Below, piece by piece: positions 19,613 to 29,412 of a stretch of DNA of 55,518 nt. How positions within the stretch are numbered: the stretch's first letter is position 1; every line of letters begins with the position of its first letter. Both the position numbers and the translations under genes were made by a program. Source of the stretch: Clostridium sp. (GTDB lineage: Bacteria; Bacillota; Clostridia; Clostridiales; Clostridiaceae); NCBI GenBank assembly GCA_036720575.1, contig DAIMMR010000001.1:1-55518 (forward strand), written 5' to 3'. The notes under the pieces are model-generated. The model saw only the letters and a list, made by a program, of their open reading frames with translations. It ran no database searches and had not been told where the DNA came from.

Positions 19613-20353
19613 TTATCCATGTGCTGATATGTTATATTTAATATTTAAAAACATTTTAAATATTTTCGAGTGTAATATAAAATGTGGATTTATAGGAATG
19701 GAATATTTAAAGACTCCTAAAATTATTAAAACTCCTGAAAAGATTATTATGGAACTTAAAATTTTATCTATAAGTTTTATATTTTTTATACTAAGCTTAT
19801 GGTTAAATTTACCTGCAGCGAATACTAATATAATCCACCACAACATACTTCCTATAAATACTCCTGTTATCAAAAATACTTTATGGTTTAATCCCTGTCC
19901 AATATGGGCCAAACGAATTCCTGTAAATACAGCAATAAATGAAAAAATTGTTACTGGATTTGCCAGTGCAAGTAAAAGTGTTGATATAAAAGCTTTAAAC
20001 AGAGAACTACTAGATGAATAAGATTCTATATTCCCTGATTTATCCACATCTTTGCTGGGACTTTTTTTAACAAAAGAATAGATACCAAAACAAATTAATA
20101 TAATCCCTCCTATTATATGAAAATATAATTTATGAACAAGAAGGAATTTTTCTATTAACATAAAACCTAGAGCTGCAACTGTTGCATAAATACTATCTGC
20201 CACTGCTGAACCAAGACCGGAAATCAGACCATATTTACGCCCAAAAGTAATAGTGTTTTTAAGGCAAACTGCACCGATAGGGCCTAATGGCATACCTGTT
20301 ATTAATCCTATAAGTAGTCCTCTAAACAAATTTATTAACATATAGTTTCTCAC
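19613..20353 (-). CDS. LysE family translocator
   Basis: 'PLGPIG', 'G...GLG.A.AD..Y', 'LALANP' and 'GVFIGS.LWW' motifs; multiple TM segments. Confidence 0.85.
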   Translation of the reverse strand: MRNYMLINLFRGLLIGLITGMPLGPIGAVCLKNTITFGRKYGLISGLGSAVADSIYATVAALGFMLIEKFLLVHKLYFHIIGGIILICFGIYSFVKKSPSKDVDKSGNIESYSSSSSLFKAFISTLLLALANPVTIFSFIAVFTGIRLAHIGQGLNHKVFLITGVFIGSMLWWIILVFAAGKFNHKLSIKNIKLIDKILSSIIIFSGVLIILGVFKYSIPINPHFILHSKIFKMFLNIKYNISAHG

Positions 20354-20736
20354 TTTCGATATAGTATTTAAAATTTAGTCTAATGAAAATATTTTATTCA
20401 TACCTTATTATTTTATCCTTAACCAGATGTATATTCAACATAATATGTTCCATTTCTATAAATTTTCTAGTATAAATTTATTGTACCGTAAAATGAAACA
20501 AAAATTAACATAAAATTTAAATAATATAGAAAATGAATTACATAATTATCAAGTGATTAAAAATATGGTTATTAAATATAAATGAAGTGTAATGCAATGA
20601 AAACTTTCATAATTTAAAATATTTATAGATTTTTTTAACGAATAATGTTATTATTAACAATAATATTAACAATAATGTTAACAATTATATACATATATGT
20701 ATTATTGTTAATAATTATGACTACGAATAAGGGAGA

Positions 20737-22725
20737 GTGACATTTATGGTAAGAAAGATTTCATTACAGCATAAATTGGTGGGAATATTGATACTTTTTG
20801 TTATAGTGCCATTATTAGTAATATCATTTTTATCTTTTTATATGGAAACAAAACTTGTAGGTAACAAGGCCTACCAATTAACTAGTCAAATAGCAAATGA
20901 GAAAGCTTCATTTATTGATTTGTATCACAATTCTTTAAAACAGAATATACAGTCTCTATCAATTAATAATAATATAATAGGTGAAAATAAAGCTGATGTA
21001 ATGAATGCTCTTAGGAGCATAAATGAGAGTAATAAAGATATAATGCAGTGCTATGCAGCAAATGAAACAAAACAGATGTTAATATATCCAGAGAGTGTTA
21101 AGCTGCCAGAAGGTTATGATCCAACTAGCAGGCAGTGGTATAAAGATACTATGGCTGCAGATGGACAAGTATTTTTAACCAAGCCCTATAAAGATGCAGC
21201 TACAGGTAAAATTATTATAACTATAGCAAAGAAAGTAACTTTTAGTAGTGGAAAACAGGGTGCTGTGGCTGCAGATGTTGATTTGACTTCTTTGCAAAAG
21301 AAGTTAACTACAACCAAGGTTGGCAAAACTGGATATGCAATACTTGCTTTAGATGATGGGACAATAATTGCGGATTCCAATAATAGCAACATAATGCACA
21401 GTATAAAAAATGAAGTTGCGGATGGACAAAAAATTATAGATGAGAAAAATGGTAACTTTAAGTGTGGCTTAGGGAAAAAAGCTCAAGTAATTGGATTTAG
21501 CCAATCCAAAGCAACAGGATGGATAGTTGTGACCATTCTTCCACAAAGTGATTATGCACAGGATTTAAATAAGAGCGAATTCATAAGTCTTATAGTTCTT
21601 ATAATTATGTTAGCAGCTGCAGTGATTTGTGGAATATTCATTGCAAAATACATATGTAATCCGCTTTTTAAAATACAGGTATTTGCTAAAAGGTTATCTG
21701 TATGTGATTTTACTACTCCTATAAAAATAAACAGGCGGGATGAATTTGCAGATACAGCTAATTCCTTAAATAAAGCTCAGGAAAATGTAAAGTCACTAGT
21801 TAAAGTAATAGTTGCAAATTTTAAAAATATTAATGCTTCAAGTCAGCAGCTTTCTGCAACGGTTCAGGAAATGACATCAAAATTTGAAAATATAAATAAT
21901 TCCATAAATCGTATAGCAGATGGATCTCAGGAAACAACTGCTTCTGTGGAAGAAATTACTGCATCCATAGAAGAGATAGATTCCAGTACAGTACAGCTTA
22001 CAAATAAGACTGAAAATGAAAATAAAACTGCAAGTAAATCTCAGCAAAATGCTCTCTCTATTCAACAAAATGCTCAAAGTGCCATAAACGAATGTAAAAA
22101 TGTCTATAAGGATGAGGAGAAAAAGATATTAAAAGCTATAGATGATGGAAAAGTAGTTTTACAAATAAAAGAAATGGCGGATGTAATAGAAAGTATTGCA
22201 GATCAAACTAACTTATTAGCATTAAATGCAGCTATTGAAGCACAGAGGGCTGGTGAGCAGGGAAAAGGATTTGCTGTAGTTGCTGAAGAAGTGAGAAGTT
22301 TAGCAGAACAGTCTTCTGAAACAGTTTCTACAATTCAAAGTACAGTATTAAAGGTTCAGCAAGTTTTTGAGAATCTTTCAAAAACTAGCCATAATTTGCT
22401 GCAATTTATTGATAAAAGCGTAAATATACAATTGGATAACTATTTGAGTACAGGACAACAATATTATGAAAATTCTAAATTTACAGCTAATAATATAGAA
22501 CAAGTGGCTTCTATGACTGAAGAAATAGCAGCTACAGTAAATGAGATTACAAAGGCTATTAGTGGTATGTCGGAAGTTGTGCAAAAGTCTTCGGAAAGTA
22601 CCAATGAAATTCGAAATGATATAAATAATGCAACAGAGAAAATGGCTCAAGTTGGTAAAAGTATGGAAAGCCAAGCAGAATTAGTTGAGACTTTAAATAG
22701 TACAATTGAAAAATTTAAGATTTAA
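20737..22725 (+). CDS. methyl-accepting chemotaxis protein (dCache, HAMP, MA domain)
   Basis: Two TM segments; '[10 protein letters not shown]' and 'PYKDAATG' dCache_1 motifs; '[33 protein letters not shown]'. Confidence 0.95.
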   Translation: MTFMVRKISLQHKLVGILILFVIVPLLVISFLSFYMETKLVGNKAYQLTSQIANEKASFIDLYHNSLKQNIQSLSINNNIIGENKADVMNALRSINESNKDIMQCYAANETKQMLIYPESVKLPEGYDPTSRQWYKDTMAADGQVFLTKPYKDAATGKIIITIAKKVTFSSGKQGAVAADVDLTSLQKKLTTTKVGKTGYAILALDDGTIIADSNNSNIMHSIKNEVADGQKIIDEKNGNFKCGLGKKAQVIGFSQSKATGWIVVTILPQSDYAQDLNKSEFISLIVLIIMLAAAVICGIFIAKYICNPLFKIQVFAKRLSVCDFTTPIKINRRDEFADTANSLNKAQENVKSLVKVIVANFKNINASSQQLSATVQEMTSKFENINNSINRIADGSQETTASVEEITASIEEIDSSTVQLTNKTENENKTASKSQQNALSIQQNAQSAINECKNVYKDEEKKILKAIDDGKVVLQIKEMADVIESIADQTNLLALNAAIEAQRAGEQGKGFAVVAEEVRSLAEQSSETVSTIQSTVLKVQQVFENLSKTSHNLLQFIDKSVNIQLDNYLSTGQQYYENSKFTANNIEQVASMTEEIAATVNEITKAISGMSEVVQKSSESTNEIRNDINNATEKMAQVGKSMESQAELVETLNSTIEKFKI

Positions 22726-22740
22726 AACTTAAAAAAGGAC

Positions 22741-22795
22741 CTCCTTGTATTTTAATGGTTTTGTCCAGGAACCAAATACAAGGAGATTTTATTAT
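22741..22795 (+). terminator. intrinsic terminator after MCP
   Basis: CTCCTTGTATTT / AAATACAAGGAG followed by a T-rich tract. Confidence 0.6.
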
Positions 22796-23071
22796 GCACA
22801 ATAGTATGTATATATGTTATGTCAGTACACTATTTTTCCTTTATGGTACTGGCATTAAAGTTCCTTTTTAGTCAACTCTAGAGTTAAGCAGAGTAGGTTT
22901 AAATTTTTTACATACAGCAGATTTTATTCGAAAACTGATCTTCAAAAAACAAGCAGCTCAATTCAAAATTATTTTTTCACAAAAATAGAAAGCTGCTTAA
23001 TTTCTGAAACAAATTATGGAAGGAAGCAGTCGTAGTCAATATGAAATTTAAATCACTTAACAGTATAAAAT

Positions 23072-23299
23072 TTAGGGAGTATTAGATTTATCACATTCAT
23101 TATTGTTTTTTTCATGTAGTTCTTTATGACATCTTTTATGGTGTCTTTTATGGTGTCTTTTATGGCGTTTTTTGAAGTGTTTACATGATTCACAGCAGTA
23201 ATTGTTTATAATAATTTCTATAGGGCCATTTTTACCAAAATCACAGGATGGAGTTAATGGGATAACGTATTTTTTTGAATCACACATTTCACTATTCAT
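23072..23299 (-). CDS. small Cys/His/Lys-rich protein, putative spore coat
   Basis: GGGGGG RBS; 'YCCESC' and 12-bp tandem repeats encoding KRHH-KRHH-KRCH. Confidence 0.6.
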   Translation of the reverse strand: MNSEMCDSKKYVIPLTPSCDFGKNGPIEIIINNYCCESCKHFKKRHKRHHKRHHKRCHKELHEKNNNECDKSNTP

Positions 23300-23580
23300 T
23301 TTTTTTTCCCCCCCTAGTTAGGTATAGTATTACATTACTAATATATGTATATGGAAATTTGTTGCTTTTGGTTACTTATAATAAGTTATTCAACATATAG
23401 ATTGTAATGTGTCAAAACTTTAAAATCTAACATAACTATATATTAGTAAGGAATTTATTAACTTGTAGTTAAGGATAAATTTTAATAAAGTTATTTACAC
23501 AAGTTGAACGGAGCAGACTAGCTCTAAGATATTGTTTGTAACCTTTGATAATAAAAAAATGTACTAGGGAGGTCAAGTTT

Positions 23581-24135
23581 ATGGGACATTGTGAAGTAAT
23601 AAAAGCTAAAGTAATATTTGCTGACGAAATATTTAATTTTGAAGATATGAGAACGGTTGACACTGGAATAGATTTAACTAATGCAACTTTTGATACTAAT
23701 AATGCACGCATTAAAATTTGTGTGTTAGAATGCGGTGATTTTGAATGTGTGGAAGATCCTTGTGGAACTAAAAAGCATAAGTTAAAAGGAAAAATTACTT
23801 TTGCAATATGCGAAGATTTTAAAATAAAGGTAGGATGTAAACAAAAACCTATGGAACATTTCTTTAGGGTAACCAAAGAGTTTATTTTCAATAAACCTTT
23901 TTGTGAAGATTTAAAAAATATACACCCAAATTGCCCAGGCCTAAGTATTGATAAAGATTCATTGGAATGTCAAATTGAAAAAATTAGCGGAACTAATATT
24001 ATAGAAATAAAAGATAAAACGAAATTTATCCAATATCTTAAAATTGAAGTAAAGATTATTGCTGAAATAGAAAGACTATTATGCGTTAGCCTTTGTCAAA
24101 ACATGGGAAATATTCGTCTTGTTAGGGATTGTTAA
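23581..24135 (+). CDS. cysteine-rich putative coat/exosporium protein
   Basis: GGGAGG RBS before ATG 23581; 13 Cys in 184 aa; beta-strand pattern; no signal peptide. Confidence 0.6.
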   Translation: MGHCEVIKAKVIFADEIFNFEDMRTVDTGIDLTNATFDTNNARIKICVLECGDFECVEDPCGTKKHKLKGKITFAICEDFKIKVGCKQKPMEHFFRVTKEFIFNKPFCEDLKNIHPNCPGLSIDKDSLECQIEKISGTNIIEIKDKTKFIQYLKIEVKIIAEIERLLCVSLCQNMGNIRLVRDC

Positions 24136-24234
24136 AGATTGTTTTACAACAACTGATACACCTACACCATAACACTCAATTATTATGTTAAGTTTGGAGA
24201 TAAATTAATAGTTGAAGTATTCATGATATTACAG

Positions 24235-24270
24235 AGAGGTATTTACTTTTTAGTAAATACCTCTAATTTT
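24235..24270 (+). terminator. intrinsic terminator
   Basis: AGAGGTATTTACT / AGTAAATACCTCT followed by a T-run. Confidence 0.65.
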
Positions 24271-24298
24271 TGTTAACAATAATATAATAAAAAAGATA

Positions 24299-24366
24299 TT
24301 GATAAAAAAAAGTATTAGTAGTAAAATATCTTACACACAAAGGTTAGCATACGAAAGATTTCGATA
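24299..24366 (+). promoter_or_regulatory. SigA-type promoter with downstream palindromic operator candidate
   Basis: TTGATA(24299)-17 bp-TAAAAT(24322); CGAAA-GA-TTTCG inverted repeat at 24352-24363. Confidence 0.55.
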
Positions 24367-24370
24367 CAAA

Positions 24371-24679
24371 ATATTATGCAGATATGGTGAGATGAAAATA
24401 AGTGATTTGAGTAAGAAAATGGGATTATCAAATAGCACTGTGTCTGGAATTGTAGATAGATTAGAAAAGCAAGGACTAATAAAAAGGACTAGAAGTGATG
24501 AGGATAGAAGAGTAGTTTATGTAGATGTAACTGATAAGTTTAAAAATGGATTCCAGGGAAATTTTAAAAAAGTTGAACAAGAATTTGAGAATATGATGAG
24601 TAAAGCTTCTCCAGAGGAAATTGACAGTATACTTAATGGACTTCATATATTAAAAAATTTAGTTAGTAAGAAGAAGTAA
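24371..24679 (+). pseudogene. MarR family regulator, probably 5'-truncated
   Basis: wHTH 'KISDLSKKMGLSNSTVSGIVDRLEKQG...DRR' is intact. The track's TTG start is the -35 box, there is no RBS, and the first 24 codons are promoter/operator DNA. Confidence 0.6.
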
Positions 24680-24697
24680 TTTAAAATAAAATAATAG

Positions 24698-25000
24698 TAC
24701 TCAACTTTTGTACATATAAAATTTTGACTTAATATAAAAACTTTGCGAAACAAAGCTTTTTGAGTTGAGAGTTGAAAATTGAGAGTTGAGAGTAAAGGTT
24801 GATTTTTAGCTATCGCAAAAAATCTTTAAATTTATATGAACCAGCAATGTTTCGCCTTAGCGAAACGAGTTGTCAAAAATTTAATCAAAGATTTTTTGTA
24901 GTGTAACGGAAAAAATCCACATTAACTCTCCACTTTCCACTCTCAATTCTCAACTAAAAAAATTGTTTCGCAAAGTTTTAAAACTTCGAAAGTTGAGTTA
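24698..25000 (+). mobile_element. family B MITE-like repeat, copy B3 (complete)
   Basis: Terminal IR ACTCAACTTT/AAAGTTGAGT, sub-terminal IR AAAACTTTGCGAAACAA/TTGTTTCGCAAAGTTTT, and heptamer arms AGTTGAG versus CTCAACT. Confidence 0.9.
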
Positions 25001-25031
25001 TTCAATTTATGTAAGGAGAATATACAATAAT

Positions 25032-27257
25032 ATGATTAAATTAATAAAGTATTTAAAACCTTTTATAGGATTAATTATTGCAGCTATAATCCTTTTGTTT
25101 GTACAGGCAATGTGTGACCTTGCCCTTCCAGATTACACATCTAATATTGTAAATAAAGGTATACAGCAGGGTGGTATCGTAAATTCTGTACCTCAGGCAA
25201 TAAGAGAAAGCCAAATGAAAAAGATAAAAATATTTATGAATAAAAACGATTTAGAGGAAGTTTCTAAAAGTTATGTTCCTGTTGATAAATCAAACTCAGA
25301 CTATTATAGATATTTAGAAAAATATCCAAACCTCAAAAATGAACCCATTTTTGTGCTTAAGGATGTTGATAAAAATGAAATGAACAAATTAAGTTCTATA
25401 ATGGGAAGATCCATAATAGATGCTTCAGGTGTTGAACAGATTAAGTCCAGTGCGAAAAATGGGATGATTTCATTTAATGGCATGAAAATACCGGCTAGTG
25501 CAGATTTATTTGATATGATTTCTAAAATGCCAGATAAGCAGCGTTTAAAAATAATTGAAGACATAAACAAGAAAACGTCTAGTTTGGATGATAATATGGT
25601 TGTCCAATTGACTGCCTCTAAAATTAAAGCAGAATACAAGGCACTTGGAATGAATACGGATAAAATCCAGAGCAAATATATAATAAATGTTGGAGTAACT
25701 ATGCTTTTTATATCACTTCTTGGAGGTATGTGTACCGTTGCAGTTGGATTTTTAGCAGCAAGAACTGCAGCAGGATTTGCCAGAAATTTACGTAAAAATG
25801 TATTTGAAAAAGTTGAGAACTTTTCAAATGCAGAATTTGATAAATTTTCAACAGCATCTCTTATAACAAGGAGTACAAATGATATTACACAAATACAAAT
25901 GCTCATGGTTATTATGATAAGAATGGTATTTTATGCACCGATTATGGGAGTTGGTGGTGTAATAAGAGCTATGGGAAAAAGTAAATCCATGTCCTGGATT
26001 ATTGCACTTGCAGTTATAGTGCTTTTAGGGTTGATACTTGTAGTATTTGCAGTAGCTTTCCCAAAGTTTAAAATTATACAAAAGCTTATAGATAAACTAA
26101 ACCTTGTAACTCGTGAAAATCTTTCTGGAATGATGGTAATAAGGGCTTTTAATACACAAAAATTTGAAGAAGAGCGTTTTGACAAGGCAAATAGAGATGT
26201 GACAAAGACAAATTTGTTTGTAAATCGTGTGATGGTGTCCATGATGCCTATAATGATGTTTGTAATGAATGGAATTACACTGCTCATAGTATGGGTTGGT
26301 TCACATGAAGTTGCAAATTCAAATATGCAGGTAGGAGATATGATGGCATTTATGCAGTATGCAATGCAGATAATTATGGCATTTTTAATGCTTGCTATGA
26401 TGTTTATTTTAATACCAAGGGCATCTGTTTCTGCAGGACGTATTGATGAAGTTTTAGAAACTGATATTTCAATTGTAGATCCAAAAGATACAATACATTT
26501 TGAAGAAAATATACAGGGACTTGTTGAATTTAACAATGTATCTTTTAGATATCCTGGAGCAGGTGAAGATGCATTAAAGAATGTAAGTTTTAAAGCTCTT
26601 ACTGGAAAAACAACGGCATTTATAGGTTCTACAGGTTCTGGAAAGACAACTCTTGTAAATTTGATTATGCGTTTTTATGATGTAACAGCTGGTGAAGTGT
26701 GTGTAGATGGAGTAAATGTAAAGAAAATAACTCAACATGAACTTCGGGATAAAATTGGATATGTACCACAAAGAGGATATTTATTTAGTGGGACAATTGA
26801 ATCTAACATTAAATATGGAGATAAAAATGTAGGCTGTGATGGTATAAATCATGTTGTAGAAGTTTCTCAGTCTGAAGAATTTATAAATGAAAAAACTAAG
26901 GGAATTAAAAGTGAAATTTCTGAGGGAGGCTCAAATGTATCTGGAGGTCAGAAACAGAGACTTTCTATTGCCCGTGCTCTTGTAAAGAAACCTGAAATTT
27001 ATGTGTTTGATGATAGTTTTTCTGCTCTTGATTTTAAAACGGATGCTGCCCTTAGAATGGCACTTAGAAAAGAGACTACTTCAAGTACATTCCTTATTGT
27101 GGCACAGCGTATTTCTACAATTATGGATGCAGATCAAATAATAGTCCTCGATGATGGTAATGTAGTAGGAATAGGTACTCATGAGGAGCTTATGAAAAAT
27201 TGTGAAACTTATAGTGAGATTGCTCTTTCACAGCTTTCAAAGGAGGAATTGGCATGA
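25032..27257 (+). CDS. heterodimeric ABC exporter subunit (TMD+NBD, degenerate site) with large extracellular insertion
   Basis: AAGGAG RBS before ATG 25032; Walker A GSTGSGKT, VSGGQ, degenerate 'FDDSFS' and 'AQR'. The track start lies inside repeat B3. Confidence 0.92.
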   Translation: MIKLIKYLKPFIGLIIAAIILLFVQAMCDLALPDYTSNIVNKGIQQGGIVNSVPQAIRESQMKKIKIFMNKNDLEEVSKSYVPVDKSNSDYYRYLEKYPNLKNEPIFVLKDVDKNEMNKLSSIMGRSIIDASGVEQIKSSAKNGMISFNGMKIPASADLFDMISKMPDKQRLKIIEDINKKTSSLDDNMVVQLTASKIKAEYKALGMNTDKIQSKYIINVGVTMLFISLLGGMCTVAVGFLAARTAAGFARNLRKNVFEKVENFSNAEFDKFSTASLITRSTNDITQIQMLMVIMIRMVFYAPIMGVGGVIRAMGKSKSMSWIIALAVIVLLGLILVVFAVAFPKFKIIQKLIDKLNLVTRENLSGMMVIRAFNTQKFEEERFDKANRDVTKTNLFVNRVMVSMMPIMMFVMNGITLLIVWVGSHEVANSNMQVGDMMAFMQYAMQIIMAFLMLAMMFILIPRASVSAGRIDEVLETDISIVDPKDTIHFEENIQGLVEFNNVSFRYPGAGEDALKNVSFKALTGKTTAFIGSTGSGKTTLVNLIMRFYDVTAGEVCVDGVNVKKITQHELRDKIGYVPQRGYLFSGTIESNIKYGDKNVGCDGINHVVEVSQSEEFINEKTKGIKSEISEGGSNVSGGQKQRLSIARALVKKPEIYVFDDSFSALDFKTDAALRMALRKETTSSTFLIVAQRISTIMDADQIIVLDDGNVVGIGTHEELMKNCETYSEIALSQLSKEELA

Positions 27258-29113
27258 GTGATAAATATAAGACAAAAAGACAAAAAGTACATCAGCATGG
27301 ACCTGGTGGTATGATACAGGGCGGCGAAAAGGCAAATGATTTTAAAGGTACTATGAAAAAGCTCATGTCATATATTAATGAATATAAATTAGCTGTTATT
27401 ATAGTATTTATATTTGCAGCTGCAAGTGCTCTGTTTTCCATAGTGGGACCTAAGATATTGGGTAAGGCTACAACTAAGCTCTTTGAGGAAATTATGGGTA
27501 AAATTTCAGGCTCAGGCTTTGGAATAGACTTTGATTATATAGCTAGAATATTAGTAATACTTGCAGGATTATATGCATTAAGCACACTTTTTAGTTATAT
27601 TCAAGGATGGCTTATGTCTGGGGTTTCCATGAAAGTAAGCTACAAGATGCGAAAAGAAATTTCACAGAAAATAAATAAATTGCCTCTTAAATATTTTGAT
27701 GGAACAAATCACGGGGAAGTATTGTCCCGTGTTACCAATGATGTAGATACGGTGAGTCAGACTCTAAATCAGAGCTTGACCCAGATAATTACTCCAATTA
27801 CGACTGTAATAGGGGTACTTATAATGATGCTGAGCATAAGCTTTACTATGACACTAGTAGCACTTTGCATAATTCCACTATCTATGGGAATTATGATGCT
27901 TATAATCAAGCAATCTCAGAAATATTTTAAAGAGCAGCAGGACTACCTGGGTCATGTAAATGGGCATGTAGAGGAAATGTATGGTGGACATATAGTTATG
28001 AGAGCTTTCAATGGTGAAGAAGATAGCATTGAAAAATTTGATAAACTGAATAATACTTTATATAAATCTGCATGGAAATCACAGTTTTTGTCAGGTATGA
28101 TAATGCCAATTATGAATTTTGTAAGTAACCTTGGATATGTAGGCGTATGTGTACTTGGAGGATGGCTTGCTGTAAAGAAGACTATTGAGGTAGGAGATAT
28201 TCAAGCTTTTATACAATATGTAAGGTCTTTTACACAGCCAATTACGCAAATAGCAAATATATCAAACATACTCCAGCAGACGGCTGCATCAGCAAAACGT
28301 GTATTTGAATTTTTAGAGGAGGAAGAGGCAGTTCCTGAAACTTGCAATCCTGTAAAGGTTGAAAACATTGAAGGATGCATAGAATTTAAAAATGTTCACT
28401 TTGGATATAATTCTGACAAAGTCATAATCAATGACTTTTCAGCTAAAATAGAGCCAGGTGAAAAAGTTGCAATTGTAGGACCAACAGGTGCAGGAAAAAC
28501 TACTATGGTAAAACTTTTAATGAGATTTTATGATATAAATAGTGGAGCTATTTTAGTAGATGGACATGATATAAGAGATTTCAATCGAAATGACTTGAGA
28601 TCTATATTTGGAATGGTGCTTCAGGATACATGGCTTTATAATGGAAGCATAATGGAAAATATACGATATGGAAGACTTGATGCTTCGGATGAAGAGGTTA
28701 AAATTGCAGCAAAGGCAGCCCATGTAGATAGTTTTGTGCGCACTCTGCCAGGTGGATACAATATGATTTTAAATGAAGAAGCTTCTAATGTATCCCAAGG
28801 CCAAAAGCAGCTTTTAACAATCGCAAGGGCTATACTTGCAAATCCTAAAGTCCTTATTTTGGATGAGGCAACTAGTTCTGTAGACACCCGTACAGAAGTT
28901 AGAATAAAAAGGGCAATGGATAATCTTATGAAAGACCGCACTAGTTTTATTATTGCGCACAGGTTATCTACAATTCGTGATGCAGATTTAATTCTTGTAA
29001 TGAATAATGGAGATATTGTAGAACAGGGAAATCATGAAGAACTTTTGAAAAAGAAAGGATTTTATGCTAACCTTTATAATAGCCAGTTTGAAGATTATCT
29101 AGCTGCTGAATAA
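27254..29113 (+). CDS. heterodimeric ABC exporter subunit (TMD+NBD)
   Basis: GPTGAGKT, VSQGQ, 'LDEATS' and 'AHRLST' motifs; ATGA overlap with the upstream gene. Confidence 0.93.
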   Translation: MSDKYKTKRQKVHQHGPGGMIQGGEKANDFKGTMKKLMSYINEYKLAVIIVFIFAAASALFSIVGPKILGKATTKLFEEIMGKISGSGFGIDFDYIARILVILAGLYALSTLFSYIQGWLMSGVSMKVSYKMRKEISQKINKLPLKYFDGTNHGEVLSRVTNDVDTVSQTLNQSLTQIITPITTVIGVLIMMLSISFTMTLVALCIIPLSMGIMMLIIKQSQKYFKEQQDYLGHVNGHVEEMYGGHIVMRAFNGEEDSIEKFDKLNNTLYKSAWKSQFLSGMIMPIMNFVSNLGYVGVCVLGGWLAVKKTIEVGDIQAFIQYVRSFTQPITQIANISNILQQTAASAKRVFEFLEEEEAVPETCNPVKVENIEGCIEFKNVHFGYNSDKVIINDFSAKIEPGEKVAIVGPTGAGKTTMVKLLMRFYDINSGAILVDGHDIRDFNRNDLRSIFGMVLQDTWLYNGSIMENIRYGRLDASDEEVKIAAKAAHVDSFVRTLPGGYNMILNEEASNVSQGQKQLLTIARAILANPKVLILDEATSSVDTRTEVRIKRAMDNLMKDRTSFIIAHRLSTIRDADLILVMNNGDIVEQGNHEELLKKKGFYANLYNSQFEDYLAAE

Positions 29114-29131
29114 ATGTAATTTATTACAAAA

Positions 29132-29206
29132 AAATAACTAAAAAAATAGCATGTCAATAATATCTTGAAAAAGAATATTTTTAGTGTGCTATTTTTTTAG
29201 TTATTT
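29132..29206. terminator. terminator after ABC operon
   Basis: AAATAACTAAAAAAATAGCA / TGCTATTTTTTTAGTTATTT. Confidence 0.6.
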
Positions 29207-29232
29207 AAGGTAAATGTATTTGATGCAAATTT

Positions 29233-29282
29233 ATCAATGAATCTTACTTAGTGGGAGTGTCAGTAGGTAGCCATCAGATAAA
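29233..29282 (-). mobile_element. family A minimal copy A5 (ends only)
   Basis: Minus strand TTTAT-CTGATGGCTACCTACTGACACTCCCAC-TAAGTAAGATTCATTGAT: the left end joined to a degenerate right end. Confidence 0.65.
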
Positions 29283-29412
29283 AAATTATTTCACATAAAT
29301 TTTATAGTATGAAAATATAATTTAGTATGATGTATATTAAGTAAGAATTATCACTGAAAAGATTTGAGTATAAATTGTAAAATGTAGAATCTCTAAAGGG
29401 GGTAAATAGATA

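Noticed and set aside
22830..23040. Possible transposase or gene remnant ending '...KAA*'
   Set aside because: Too short and interrupted; no recognisable motif or terminal repeats.
24763..24955. Heptamer arrays or family A/B copies as CRISPR arrays
   Set aside because: No constant 23-47-bp repeats with unique spacers, and no cas genes.
24963..25031. ORF-track start of the ABC exporter
   Set aside because: Lies within repeat B3; the RBS supports ATG 25032. The same applies to TTG 1462 in A1, and the 9827-9972 tail of the 9445 ORF is read-through into A3.
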